From Blepharisma stoltei ATCC 30299 (Eukaryota; Protista; Ciliophora), in the NCBI GenBank assembly GCA_965603825.1, contig CBFDEM010000014.1, forward strand, positions 434,001 to 498,000: a DNA stretch of 64,000 bases, written 5' to 3'. Positions 1 to 12,359 of this stretch are shown here, one piece after another. Positions within the stretch are counted from its first letter, which is position 1, and every line of letters begins with the position of its first letter. Position numbers and translations under genes: made by a program. Below the pieces are notes generated by a model. That model did no database searches and was not told the origin of the DNA. It was given only the letters and a program-made list of their open reading frames with translations.

Positions 1-122
1 CTTGCTTTTATAATGCTATTGTGCACAGTGACTAGCTCAGACTGCTCATGAGATTTATTATTTGAGGTAAAATTGAGCTCTTCTATTGAAAATGGATAAG
101 ATATTCTTGACGAGTCATCCAT
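1..122 (-). CDS. 5' part of a hypothetical protein running off the window edge
   Basis: ATG at 122 after AT-rich DNA; open frame MDDSSRISYPFSIEELNF... to position 1. Confidence 0.45.
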   Translation of the reverse strand, partial: MDDSSRISYPFSIEELNFTSNNKSHEQSELVTVHNSIIKA

Positions 123-398
123 GATACGTTAATGAAATTTCGAAAGTAATAATTGCCATTTTGCTATCGAATGCATAAAAATAGGGATCTTTTAATCTTA
201 GGATTTTTTTTTGAGAAAAGAAGATTTATTATATTATTTGCTGCTACCAAGAGTTTATTTATCAATTAATCTATCGTTTAATTAGTAAAGGCTACAAAAT
301 TCTCTTATTATCGATGAATATTAATCTTTAAGTGAAATAATAAAATTAAATAAATAAATAAATACAATATTTAAACATTGTTTATACTATAATATAGC

Positions 399-1911
399 TT
401 ATTTTTTCTTTTTAACCACAGGTGTTTTCGATCTTTTAGCGGGTATCTTCTTGTCATCGTTTGGCTGCTTGCCTGGAGTTATTGACCTAATTCTTATATC
501 CTTAACTGATTTTTTTGGCCTCAGCTCTTTCTGTTCAGCTTTCGCTTTAATGCTAACAGGTGGCAAAAATTTTACCAAGCTTTCTGAGGCTTTTCTAGAA
601 AAGTTAAACTTGCTGGATCTTTGTTTTGTTTTAATTGGCGTTGGCCTAACCATTTTTTCATCTATTGAGCTATCAAGTGACCCAAAATCAGCTAAAGTGT
701 CATCAAATTTATCAGTAAGATCCTTTCCTTGAATTATTTTTAGCTCCTTCGAATAATTTTTGCCTGAAACTTCAAAAACATTAGTGCGTTTTATTGAATT
801 TAGATCACGAAGAAAGCCTACATCGGCGACTTCAAGAATTTCATTAGCATTTGTAGAGCTGTCATCTCCTCTTGTTGAGTTTATTATTTCAAATACCATT
901 TCTTCTCTCATGCTTATAGGAATTCCTTCTTCTTTAAAAAGATCTAAAATGTCAGCTTCTTTTGCTTGCTTATTTAAAAGCTTTTCAAGTTTTACCTTCA
1001 ATCTTTCTCCTTTTCTTGGTGTTAGGGCTTCTGAAGGGCTTTTTTGTATATCTTCAAACTTTTTAATTATTTTCTTCTTAGTTGTTTCTTCCAATATCAT
1101 GGGATTCGGAATATAATTAAATTCTCTATGCTCCTCTGATAAATTTACTACATCAAATGAAAAATAATCAGGAAGCGGGGCCGCCAATGGAGAAGGTGGC
1201 TCAGTTTGCAGCTCTTTTGAGTCGACGAGTTCATAATATTTTCTATCAGTGCCTTGTGTAATTGAGATAAGTGTTTTTGCTACACCTTCAAGTGTATTGA
1301 CTAAGAGTTGAATATGATTATTTAGCATTTCAACTGTCTTGTCAGCACCCTCAACCTCACTTTCCATTGGGGCTAGCTCATTTTCGTTTTTCTGGCTTGA
1401 CTTTAAAGTTCCTGCCAAGCTTTCATTAACAGGCTTATACTTGATTTGTTCAATCAATACTTGATTAGGTACAAGCGGCTGCAACGCTTTTCTTAAATCG
1501 GCATCTAAGGTCTTAAGAAACATCACAAAATCTTCTTTGCACCTCTCCTTGTATTCTTTTAGAATCATTCCTACCCTTTTCAGGTCTCTTGAAATTCTTT
1601 TTGAATTACTTTGAACAAGAAAATTCAAGTCCTTTAGTTCTTTTCGAAGTTGAGATATAATTTCTGCTTGAGATTTATAAATACTTTGTTTACGATAGAG
1701 GTTGCTAAGTAAACAATCTTTTTCAAATAATTTTGAAGTGATTTTTGTCATTTCTTCATATGTAGATAAGTCTATGAAGACACGTTTCGGATCCTTTATT
1801 AGTTATTACGCTATCTCCATCTGGCTGAGCTTTATTTATAAGCTGTAGTAAGTCTTTATGGTATTTAGCGATTCCTCGATTTAACTTTCTCACTTGTAAA
1901 GAAAATGCCAT
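399..1911 (-). CDS. Hypothetical coiled-coil protein with basic C-terminal tail
   Basis: 450-aa ORF extends in frame to ATG 1911 (MAFSLQVRKL...) after removing a 16-nt intron at 1794-1809. Confidence 0.7.
1794..1809 (-). other. 16-nt spliceosomal intron
   Basis: GTAATAACTAATAAAG; removal joins two open frames. Confidence 0.7.
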
Positions 1912-2353
1912 TTCTTTGATTCTACTTCATAGTTACAAGTTATTTTAAGAGGAGAGAATATGATAATTTATTTGAAAAATGAGTATTATGATAATTATTA
2001 ATTTTGCCAAGCTGTAAATAATCAGCTATAAGGCAAGCAACAATTGCCATTTTTATATTTCGTTGCTTGCTTTCTTTGCATCGTTATCACCTTTCACTAT
2101 TTTTTAATTAAAAATGCAGCTTCAAAGGCTAATATTCTAAATATACTTTTCTACGAGACCAAACTTCATTGATTATCCTCCATTTTCATCCCTAAATTTT
2201 CAAACAATAGATACAGATCATTAGCATTCCACACCCTTTCTTTTTTAAAGTTCAATCAGCCACATAATTCGCTTAGTTCTCGTAACGTCTTTTCGCTCTA
2301 TCCAAATAGTTCATAAAACATATTTAAGGAAAATAATCTCCATTAAAATAAAG

Positions 2354-2803
2354 ATGACGCAAGAAGGAAACGAGATATCAATCCCAGTTGCTGTGCACTG
2401 GGATTCATTCAATACAAGCAACAATTTGCTGTTGCAACTTAAACAAGAACTTATAGCTGAACGACAAAAAAGTATGATTCTCGCTACAGCATTACTGCAA
2501 GAGAAACACAAAAGTTTCAGCCTCCAGAATTATCTAGCATCGATAGCCAGCGACTGCAAGAAAAATATGCCAAGGGTAAGCAGCTCTGAATCGCTCGCAA
2601 GCACCGCGGTAGATGAAGATGAAGAAAAGCCGCTCATAGGAATTTATTCACCAGCTGTTAGGAAAGAAAAAATTCAAAGATACAAGGATAAAATTAAAAG
2701 GTATCGGCAAAAAGTGCATGTATCCAGAAGTTTCTCGGGGAGAAGTTCAGTAGCTAAGCAAAAACTACGCATTAAAGGAAAATTCGTGAAAAGCAGCGAG
2801 TAA
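2354..2803 (+). CDS. CCT (CONSTANS/CO-like/TOC1) motif protein
   Basis: C-terminal RKEKIQRYKDKIKRYRQK...SGRSSVAKQKLRIKGKFVKS fits the CCT pattern (RY.EK...R...A..R.R.KG.F.K). Confidence 0.8.
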   Translation: MTQEGNEISIPVAVHWDSFNTSNNLLLQLKQELIAERQKSMILATALLQEKHKSFSLQNYLASIASDCKKNMPRVSSSESLASTAVDEDEEKPLIGIYSPAVRKEKIQRYKDKIKRYRQKVHVSRSFSGRSSVAKQKLRIKGKFVKSSE

Positions 2804-3819
2804 ATTTTGTCCGATAAAAAAGTTTAATATATCTTTTAGAAATGGTGAATGATTTTTTAATCTGATCTAAGCTTATGTGATTCAAAAGGTGAAAATAAAT
2901 ATTTAATAACCCAATGAAACTTATCGATTGCCATCTTAATTAATTCACCTTTCGTTTGATTTTATTCTTTTAAACTGATGATAAAGTTAATTTTTCAAAT
3001 TGGCTAGCTTAATATAACTGTTTTATCATTGTTAGGAAAGATTTGCACATTAGAAACTTCTTTAGAAGCTTTAAGTAACACTAAAAGGGATATTTTCCAT
3101 TCTTTTTAAAGGCTCATTTTTTAATTAGTAAAAAAATAATCAATAAAATAAAAAGTTAGATTTTGTTAGTGATTGGAATCTTTGATTTCTGCCACTATCA
3201 ATGAATATAGAAAGCGCCGAATGAGTTATAATGATTCTCAAAGAAGTATTTATTACACTAAAATCTTAAAATAGATGGCAGTAATTACAGACAGAATCAA
3301 AAATTTCCATCTTACATCTGAAAGAATCACCATTAGTCCTAAAATACGTTCCAGATAGCAAAGCTTATCAAGCACAAATTTATGCGCTTATAAGCGCCAT
3401 TTACATTGCAAGCTGACAAAAATCAATTTTACCATGACTATTTTGCAAACAAAATTATTAAATTGGCATTATCCTTTAATATTATTCTCTTTATCATTTT
3501 GGCTCCTTGCAAGATTTTTCTTATTTAAACTAAGACTATTTATATATCATAAGCAGCTGTCCAAATTCATCTGCTGCAAACAATTATTAAGATTAGCTGA
3601 CATTTTTATATGGAAATCAATAAAATCTCTCACTAAAGAAGAAAAAATAAAGGTTGTATTAAGACTGAGGAGTTTATAAATATAATTGCAAACAAAATTC
3701 AATCATAACTAATTTATTTTAGTTAATTCATGTAAAATAATGCGTTTTCACTTCTAAATTGAAGGAATATTGATGCCATCTCTATTTTATTAATAAATCT
3801 ATTACCAAATCATTGTAAA

Positions 3820-5046
3820 ATGAGCGTAATCACATGCTTGAAATGGGTTCCAAAAGGATATGCGCGCTCAGAGCCTCTTCTCGAAGAAGTCACAATGAAT
3901 GACATAGAAGATATCAAAGCTGCAGAAGGAGAGGACCTTAACATGGACACATATGATCAAGAAGAAGCCATCCCAGTATTCAGCAATGTTGAATACGAAC
4001 CACAGCTTGAAAACATTGAAGATGAAGAGGAAGAAGACAACAAAATCAACCCAGACGACGCTATAATTATTACTGGAAACCAAAAAGGCGATTTTAGTGA
4101 AGTCCATGTCTTCATATATGTGGAAAATTCAGGGGCCTTATACGTCCATCACGATTTTTTCTTAACAGCCTACCCATTAGCCTTAGAGTGGCTTCCTTAT
4201 AACCCACAAACACCTAATGAAGCTGGAAACTGTTTGGCAGTTGGAAGTTTCATGCCTGAAATCGAGCTTTGGAACTTAGACATCATTGATGTCCTTGAAC
4301 CCATTGGAAGATTAGGCGGCGTCAAGCGAGAAAAAGTCTCTGAAGGAAGTTCAAAAAAACGCAAAAGGACAAAAACCTACACAAAAGGAAGCCATCATGA
4401 TGCTGTGATGGCTTTAGACATCCACCCTACCAGAAAAAACATTTTAGCAAGTGGCTCAGCAGACTGCAAAGTCAAGGTCTGGGACATAATTGAGCACGAG
4501 TGCAAAATTACATTAAGCCACCATGAAGGAAAGGTGCAGTCAATTGAATGAAACCCAACTGAGGAAAAAATCCTAGTGAGCGGTGGGCTAGATGGCTCTG
4601 CTTTTGTGGTGGGCGTTGATTCGCCTGACTCGTCAAAGCAAATAAGAGTTCCATCTGAAATCGAAGCTGTCACTTGGAATCCTTTTAATCCTCTTGAGTT
4701 CTCACTTTCGACAGAAGACGGATTTTTATATACATATGATGCTAGAAATCTGGGAAAACCACTATACGAGGTCAAAGCACACAATTCGCAATGCACAATT
4801 GCATACAGTCCAGGCGTTCCTAATTTAATTGGAACTGCAAGCGTTGATAAAACAGTGAAAATTTGGCACGGAGAAGGGTTGAGAGGGATTGCAGAAAGAG
4901 ATATGAAAGTTGACTCACTGTTTTGTTTGGAGTTCTACAAAGATTCACCATTCACCCTCGCTACAGGTGGGACTGGAGGTGTTCTGGCAATTTGGGATAC
5001 AGAAGAAAATCAAAATGTTTGCAATTCATTTTCCAGGGCTAAGTAA
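3820..5046 (+). CDS. PWP1: Periodic tryptophan protein 1 homolog (WD40, ribosome biogenesis)
   Basis: N-terminal ITCLKWVPKG, LYVHHDFFL..YPLALEW, LASGSAD; TGA 4549-4551 read as W (VQSIEWNPTEE) fuses two ORFs. Confidence 0.92.
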
Positions 5047-5087
5047 TCTAATAAAATATCACAATTATAATTCCATTTTTTCTAAAA

Positions 5088-6080
5088 ATGCTGAGAGCTC
5101 TGAAAGGAACTTTTCGATTTTTCAGCACTGATATCAAAAAAGAAGCTATGGCAGCTATGGAAGAATACAAGACTTTTATATATGATATTGACTCATATAC
5201 TGCATGACTTAGCAAGGTTATGAAGTCCCCTGTACCAGTTGTCCTTAATTGCTATGCAGATTGGAGCAATCCATGCAGAAAGCTTGTCCCAATTATTCAA
5301 AAGCATGCGTTGGAAGCAAGAGGCAAATGGGCTCTAGCCAATTATAATATTGATGAACTTCCAGATTTAATGAAAGGTTTGCAGATCAAAGTTGTCCCGA
5401 CACTAATACTGATGAATGGGGGAAATTATATTAATAAGTTAGAAGGGATGCCTGATGAAGACAGCTTGGCTCAGTTTTTAAGTGATGTAAAAATGTTGGC
5501 TGGGCTGTTAACAGATGAGGATATTCTTGTTAGTGTATTAGAAGCCGCAAAAGATTTTCTGAATGCAAAAGAATACGATAACGCAGTTTTCAGCTACAAA
5601 GACGCATTGAAAAATGAAAAATATAGGGAAAAATACGAATATTTAATTTACTCAAATTTAGCAAATGCCCATTTTCTTAAAGGGGAGCTCGCGAAGGCTG
5701 AAGATTATGCAATTAAAGCTCGAAGTAAAAATCCAGATGAAGCAAAGACAAATAAAGAATTGGAAAATATATTAAATGTTGTGGAGCAAACAAGGAATAA
5801 CCAAGAATATACAGAAGTTCTAAATAAGCTTGAAGAAGAAGCCTCAGCTGATTTAATGAATATTTCAAAACAAACACAAATTGCGATGGTCCATTTAAAT
5901 TATGGATACCACCAAAAAGCAATAGACAAGGCAATCGAAATCATTGAAAAAGAAAAAAGTCTGAAAGGAGAAGGTCAAAAAACTTTATTAGAAATTGTAA
6001 AAGTATTAGGAGAAAAGCATGAATCAATTATTGCTGCAAGAAAAAGGCTGCAAAAATTAATGACAAAGATATATGTGTAA
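5088..6080 (+). CDS. Thioredoxin-like + TPR protein (CnoX/YbbN-like) with putative mitochondrial presequence
   Basis: ATG 5088 MLRALKGTFRFFST, TGA 5205-5207=W; Trx motif PVVLNCYADWSNPCRKL and cis-Pro VVPT; TPR helices; ends ARKRLQKLM. Confidence 0.8.
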
Positions 6081-6359
6081 TTAGCACAATAAAGCATAAA
6101 TAGGAATTAAGATTTTGATTAATAAGCCTGGTATATGAACAACTGTAAAAATTATTCATAGCTGAGATAAAAAAAAAAGTTGATGCTGCAATCATAAATA
6201 TTATTTATATAATACTCAGTATTGGCTCTAATAAGTTTTAATCTTAGTAGCTGACCAATTCCACTTATTATCCTCCTATTAATAATAAATTATTTATCAT
6301 TTGAAGGCTCTCAGCAGAATTTGAGTATATGTAACTCCTACTATTCTTATCTTATAAAT

Positions 6360-8111
6360 ATGAAAAAGAAGATAACCAAAAAGCCTGTAATACCTGCTAA
6401 AAAACCATCAAAATTGGTGCGGGAAGTAGAAGAGGATCTTCCACAAACCGAAGAAGAAAAAGAACAAATTCCTATGAACCCTACTCAAAACGTTCTTATT
6501 CATCCAACGGTATCAAAAGTTCAAAGACCTAGAAAGGTAGCCCCAAAAAGCAAGATGCCTAAACAAATGATGCAAAATGTTGTTTTATCGGAAGAAGAAG
6601 CTGAGAAAATGCCAGGAAAAGTTTTTGATGATGACGAACCATTACCTGTAAAGCCAGCAGAAGAAGCAAAAAAATCTTCAGAAGAAACAAAATCTCCTTC
6701 TGAGTCCACTGCAACCCCTAAAGAAACTAATCGCTTAAATATTTCAATGAAATTTGCAATGAATTATTTGCAGCTGAAAAGCACAGATGTGCAAGAAGTT
6801 CCATGCTGCTTAAGCCTTGAAGGTCTTGAAGCAGAAGAAGAGGAATCAAAACAGCAAGCAAGGTCAGGAATTGATGTAATTTGCGTGCTTGATGTAAGTG
6901 GAAGCATGTCTGGCGACAAGCTTGAGCTGGCTACAAAAACCTTGGAGTTTATGGTAACTCAGCTCGGCCCATATGATCGTGCTAGCATCGTTACTTTTAG
7001 CGATGACGCTTATAAACTTTCACCCTTAACTTGTATGAATGACGTTGGGAAAGAAAAATTAAATAAAAAAATTAAAGCAATTCGTGTCATTGGAGGAACT
7101 GAAATTATTAAAGGGCTGAGATGCGGGCTTCAAATTCTAGCTGGAAGAAAACAGTTTAATTCAGTAACTTCGATTGTTTTATTGACTGATGGGATTGATA
7201 ACAACCAAGAAACTGCAATGGGTAGATTGAGGGCTGTTATAAGGGAATATGATCCAAAAGTTGTTACTCAGTACTCAATTCATACATTTGGATATGGGTC
7301 TGATCATGATGCACACCTCATGAATGCTATGGCTGAAGTAAAAAACGGAGGATTTTACTTTGTTGAAAAAGAGGACTCGATACCTGAAGCGTTTTCTAAT
7401 TGTTTAGGAGAGCTCATGTCCGTTGTGGCTGACCAAATTCAAGTACAACTCCAAACACAGGCTTGCGATATCCCATTTGCATTAAGAAAAGTTTATAGTG
7501 AAACTGGAGACAGCAGCTTTAGGATGCCACCAGTGCTTTCTGGAAGCAAAAAAGAAGCGATTTTTGTGCTTAGCTTTCCACCATGCAATATTCGTGTTCC
7601 AGAAAATCACCAAATCCAGCCTATAAAAGCAAGCATTACTTATAGAGTTCCTCAAACTGGTGAAGAAGTAAAAGAGCAAGCATTTTTGATAATAAATGTA
7701 TTTAATGAAGACCATATAATAGATGAAATCGAGTTGGATGAAGATGTGATGATCAATTTTTATAGAGTTAAAGGAGCTGAAATATTAAAAGAAGCCGGAG
7801 ATTTTGGAGATCAGGGCAAAATGCAAGAAGCAAGAGACTGTTTAGCGAGAGGTGCTCAGGAGCTAAGAAACAGCGTTGTTGGTGGGAATGAGTTAATTCA
7901 AGTTTTGATAGCGGATATTGAAAATTCCGTCAGTAGATTTGCTGATAGGCAAGTATGGGAGCACGGAGGTGCAGCTGATCTGAAATCCAAAGCAAATGGA
8001 CATTGGGCTAAAAGAGGGCCATCAAATGCGATTTACCAAAATAAATGTCAAAAAACAATGTCTAAGAAATCAAAAGCATATTTTGGAGGAGAAGAAATGG
8101 AAGAGGATTAA
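6360..8111 (+). CDS. von Willebrand factor A domain protein
   Basis: MIDAS DVSGS, GGT, LLTDG, IHTFGYGSDHD; first ATG at 6360. Confidence 0.9.
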   Translation: MKKKITKKPVIPAKKPSKLVREVEEDLPQTEEEKEQIPMNPTQNVLIHPTVSKVQRPRKVAPKSKMPKQMMQNVVLSEEEAEKMPGKVFDDDEPLPVKPAEEAKKSSEETKSPSESTATPKETNRLNISMKFAMNYLQLKSTDVQEVPCCLSLEGLEAEEEESKQQARSGIDVICVLDVSGSMSGDKLELATKTLEFMVTQLGPYDRASIVTFSDDAYKLSPLTCMNDVGKEKLNKKIKAIRVIGGTEIIKGLRCGLQILAGRKQFNSVTSIVLLTDGIDNNQETAMGRLRAVIREYDPKVVTQYSIHTFGYGSDHDAHLMNAMAEVKNGGFYFVEKEDSIPEAFSNCLGELMSVVADQIQVQLQTQACDIPFALRKVYSETGDSSFRMPPVLSGSKKEAIFVLSFPPCNIRVPENHQIQPIKASITYRVPQTGEEVKEQAFLIINVFNEDHIIDEIELDEDVMINFYRVKGAEILKEAGDFGDQGKMQEARDCLARGAQELRNSVVGGNELIQVLIADIENSVSRFADRQVWEHGGAADLKSKANGHWAKRGPSNAIYQNKCQKTMSKKSKAYFGGEEMEED

Positions 8112-8280
8112 ATCATTAATAAAATTGTGGACTTTAAATTTCTTTTTTTATGAGGCATTGAGCCAGAAAAATTTATTCTAATGAGAGAAATTAGTTATAT
8201 GTTTTTCGAGGTTTCGATTGAATTGAAAGATCTTAACAGAAATCCCGCATAAATAATGTTTTCTATTCTTTTCTTATAAA

Positions 8281-9974
8281 ATGAAAAAAATAGCGAGCAT
8301 TAAGATTTCAAGACCCACTATTAAAGCATCAAAAATTACCATGGCATTTGAAGAATCTCATGCCCTAAAATCAAAAGATGGCTCGAAAAGGAGTAAATCT
8401 CATAATTCAGCTCGACAAGTAAAGAATATTTATATAGAAGAATTGAAAATAAAAAATATACCTTATATTTCTACATCAGGATTTAAACCTGCATGGAGGG
8501 CTTTATTGCAATTTGATGACGATGAACCATTGTCTCAGTTATCTTCACGCGACAAAAAGTTCTCTTCAAAGATAGTAAAAAATACAACTGAAAAAATAGC
8601 ACATTTTCAAGAAAATAAGCGTCTTATTCTCTCAATGAAATTTGCTATGAATTATTTGCAATTAAATAGTGTTCTCGAATAAGAGATTCCTTGCAGCCTG
8701 AATATTGAATCAATTGAAGAATCTAAGCAAGCTAGTTTTGGCATTGACATAATATTTGTGGTTGATATAAGCAGAAATATGTCAGGCTCAAAATTAACTT
8801 TAGTTAAAAAATCAATGGAGTTTATGGTATCACAATTAGGACCAAATAATCGTGTTTGTCTTATAATGTTTGGAGATTCTGCTTCAAGAGTTTGTCCTTT
8901 GACTTGCACTAATGAAAATGGAAAAAAAATATTAATTAAAAAAATCAATCAGATAGGTTGTGTCATATTAAAATCTGAAGTTCAAAAAGGGCTCAGTTTA
9001 GCCTTAAATGTTTTGGCGTTAAGAAGATATGTTAATTTAATGACTTAAATCATTTTTTTATCTGATGGAACTGAAAATAATACAGAATTCTCATTAGGCC
9101 GCTTCAGAGCAGTTTTAAATGAAGAGGATCCAAAAATTTCAAGCCCATATTCAATCCATAATCCATGCATTTGCGTATAGAGCAAATCATGACGCAAATT
9201 TTTTAACCGCTATGGCTGAAGAGAAAAACGGTAGATATTATTATATTGAGAAAGAAGATTCTACACCACAAGCTTTTTCTGATTGTCTAAACAGCTTAAT
9301 TTCTGTTATTGCAAACCATATTCAAGTTCAAATTCAAACTCAAGCATGTGATATTCCATTTGCATTGGGGAGAATTTATAGTGAAGCTTGTGATAGCAGC
9401 TTTAAAATGCCCCTGTGCTGTCTGGAAGTAAAAATGAAACAATTTTTACTCTTAATTTCCAGCCATGCCAAATTAATTCCCAGATAACTATAAAATCGTA
9501 CCTGTAAGAGCAATTGTCACTTATAGGATCCCTCAAACTGTGGAAGAGGTTATAGATCAGTGCTTTTTGAGCATCAATGTTTGCAATGAAGATTTTTTGC
9601 TTAATGAAATTGAATTAGATAAATGCTTAATAGTCAATTTTTATAGAGTTAAAGGAGCGGAAATTTTGGAAAAGGCTCATGTATTTTGAAATAAAAGAAG
9701 AATCGAAGAGTCAAAAGATTGCTTGGCGAGAGGATACCAGGAGCTAAGAAGTTGTGTAGTCGCTGAGAGCGAGCTCATAAAAATGCTAACAACTAATATT
9801 GAATATTATCTAGGGAGGTTTGTTGGTTGGGAAGCTAATAATGAAGGAGCAACAGAACTGAAATCAAACATGAAAACGTTTTGGAGCAAATCTTATCAGC
9901 CAAATATGGGTAATCAAAACAGCGCCCTGATATTGGTAAATAAAAAACCTAAAGACTATTTTATAAAAAACTAA
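8281..9974 (+). pseudogene. Decayed tandem duplicate of the vWA gene
   Basis: Colinear with 6360-8111 (SMKFAMNYLQL, IQVQIQTQACDIPFAL, NFYRVKGAEIL) but TAA at 8680 and 9046, a 7-nt duplication at 9153-9166, frameshifts near 9410 and 9480, and MIDAS changed to DISRN. Confidence 0.85.
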
Positions 9975-10083
9975 TTAACAAATAATTCATTTGAAAAGAA
10001 ATCGTTATACATAAAAAAAAGTGTTTATTAGAGAATTTGATTGAATGATATTTATCTTACTAATTCCGCATTAATTTAATTAG

Positions 10084-10341
10084 ATGGAGGGTGATTGGGA
10101 TCGAGTAAAGGCTCAAATAGCCCAAATGCTGGATAGTCGAGTTACACCTTTAGAGCAAGAGCTTGAGCAGCAGCGTGCACTTATAGGTCAACTTACAAAA
10201 GCAATTCAACTTCTCAGCGAATCCCTCACTGCATCTCCTTCTCAGACATTGGCAAAACCAGCTATGAAGGCTAAACCAAAGCAGCATCCGCCTACTTCTT
10301 CAGCTGGCAAAGCTACTAACAATAATGCAAACGAAAGCTAG
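10084..10341 (+). CDS. Small coiled-coil hypothetical protein
   Basis: 85-aa ORF with coding-like composition between AT-rich flanks. Confidence 0.65.
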   Translation: MEGDWDRVKAQIAQMLDSRVTPLEQELEQQRALIGQLTKAIQLLSESLTASPSQTLAKPAMKAKPKQHPPTSSAGKATNNNANES

Positions 10342-10511
10342 TTTTAATTTGAGTAAATAATCAGTACATAAACTAAGATTTTGCTAGTTTTATACACGCT
10401 GATAAAGCAAGCAGCTGAGTATAAGAAAACATAAAAATATTTCTATAGCCTATTTAGTTAAACAGAAAGAAATAAAGCAATTTAATCTAAGCTAAAATGA
10501 ACTAGTTATTT

Positions 10512-11720
10512 TTATGTTTGTTTTTCGCCTGTGTAAATTTTACGTGGTACTCTGAAAATAGGGATTTCGAGGATTTCAGCGAATTCCAACGGCAAATAGA
10601 TAGCCAAATGAGCGTAATTTAAAAATGCAGCTATCGAAAGTACTAGTTGAGCTCGGTATTCATCAAAAATATTAATTCCATATGCATGTGTTAGCGTATT
10701 CAAAATCATCCCACTGATTATTACAAAATTCGCCCATTGCAGCGGCTTATATTTTGTACTTGTCACATGTGCAATTTGAATGAGGGCAATTTCTTTAGCA
10801 AACACAAATCCAATACACAGCCCTACTTCTCTCCCAGCATTGTACCATAGGTCTGAAGGTGAAAGGTAAATTGCCAATAATAGAGCTAGGGAAATATAAA
10901 AAAAGGAAAAGGTTTTTAAATATGGCTCAAATTTCTTGGAAACTTGCAGTACGTTGTAAACACTAATTGAGAATTACTTCAGGACACTGATTGCTACAGC
11001 TGAAGATAATACAATCACAAATACAATTTCTCTGTACTTGATATCTTCACTATAGTTTCCAGAAAAATAGTCGGGGCCAATAATTCCAAGTGCAAACATC
11101 ATAAGTCCCATAAGCAGTGAGCCATCAGATGCCCCATTAAGAGCTCCGAACTCCATTTTGCCCACATAAAGTTCTTCCCATGTAGCAAAAAAGAAAGGTG
11201 TCCCTCCTATGAACCACGCGAGCAGATAGAGCCTTTCTTTTCCAGCCAAAAATGCTTGAGCGAGAAAAGCAGGAGTTATCGTCGCATGGAGGGCATCAAC
11301 TTGATGGTCAAAAACCATCCCTAAAGGACTTGAAAGCTGAATGCGTCTTGCCTGCTTGCCATCTATATTATCAAGAATAAGCCATCCAAAATAAAGCACA
11401 GCGCTGACAAGGATTCAATAATTTGGGATCCTGCATTCAGTATCTCGACCACATATATAAACAGTAACTAAATAAGTAGAAACCGAGCACGCACAGCCAG
11501 CAGCAGTGATGGCGTTTGGTCTAAGTGGAGTTTACGATATTCATTTGGGAAAGAATTTTACGAGAAATTCAGCTAATGGGGAAAGAAGATAGTTATAAGT
11601 TATTGAGGTATCAGATCCATGATACTTATACTCTCTCAAATTTGTTTCAGAGCCAGCTGGGATATAATTATATTTTTTCGGCTTCTTTTCAGAGTCCACG
11701 TATACACGCTTGAAATCCAT
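10512..11720 (-). CDS. CEPT1: Choline/ethanolamine phosphotransferase (CDP-alcohol phosphotransferase)
   Basis: YKYHGSD..., PKW(TGA)ISPNAIT, DNIDGKQARR..SSPLGMVFDHQVD; introns 11521-11535 and 10963-10977; two TGA=W. Confidence 0.9.
10963..10977 (-). other. 15-nt intron
   Basis: GTAATTCTCAATTAG. Confidence 0.85.
11521..11535 (-). other. 15-nt intron
   Basis: GTAAACTCCACTTAG; removal restores the conserved W.SPN.IT motif. Confidence 0.9.
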
Positions 11721-11780
11721 TTATTAATCGGGGCGTCATAGAATTTTAATAGTAAGTTTGTGTAGTGAGTTATGGAATAT

Positions 11781-12155
11781 TTATTCACAGGCTAAATACA
11801 CTACTGAAGATTTTATTAGGCTTAGAATTTCCTGAATTTGCTGTTCGTTAACTCTTTCTTCGATGTTTCCTATGATGAGATATAATTCAACTGCTTCCTT
11901 AGGCTGATGATTGAGGATTTGTAATATTTCTCCTTTGGAAAGGTCATATTTTTGTAAGTTCTCTGAAAGTAATGTTAAGGATTCTCGTCGCTGGTTGTAC
12001 GCTGGGGTTGTGTTTAGATATGTTCTTATTTCTTCTTCAAGCTTCACTTTTTCTAGATTTTCTTTAGTAGGGTGTTCTGATCTATATTTAGCGTTGTATC
12101 GGAGACACTGTAGCACTTCGTAATTTGTGATGGCTTCTTGACTTACAATATCCAT
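11781..12155 (-). CDS. RPC9: RNA polymerase III subunit RPC9/C17 (Rpb4 family)
   Basis: ITNYEVLQ..., YLNTTPA, LSKGEILQILNHQPKEAVELYLII..IEER. Confidence 0.85.
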   Translation of the reverse strand: MDIVSQEAITNYEVLQCLRYNAKYRSEHPTKENLEKVKLEEEIRTYLNTTPAYNQRRESLTLLSENLQKYDLSKGEILQILNHQPKEAVELYLIIGNIEERVNEQQIQEILSLIKSSVVYLACE

Positions 12156-12359
12156 TTTATGTAAAAATTTGCATAATTGACCTTAAAAACCATTATTAAA
12201 TTCTAAATCGTGCAGAGAATTGCTAGGAATTTGATGATTAAAACAAGAGATAGAGATTATCCCTAGATAATTTTTTTATATTTTTTTTGGTGCTGGAATA
12301 ATGGATTTATTTAAGATTAATAAATTTTTTATAATATCTGTTTTAGGAGTTATAAGAAA

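Noticed and set aside
1922-1936. Intron-like GTAACTATGAAGTAG on the minus strand upstream of ATG 1911
   Set aside because: Removal does not extend the reading frame; it could be a 5' UTR intron but is unsupported.
3434-3679. 81-aa ORF, and similar AT-rich ORFs at 33617-33799, 39753-39944 and 58972-59172
   Set aside because: Intergenic-like composition (F/I/L/K-rich) and no motifs.
8281-9974. TAA read-through (ambiguous stop code) rescuing the second vWA gene
   Set aside because: The copy also has several frameshifts and a broken MIDAS, and no other gene needs TAA as sense.
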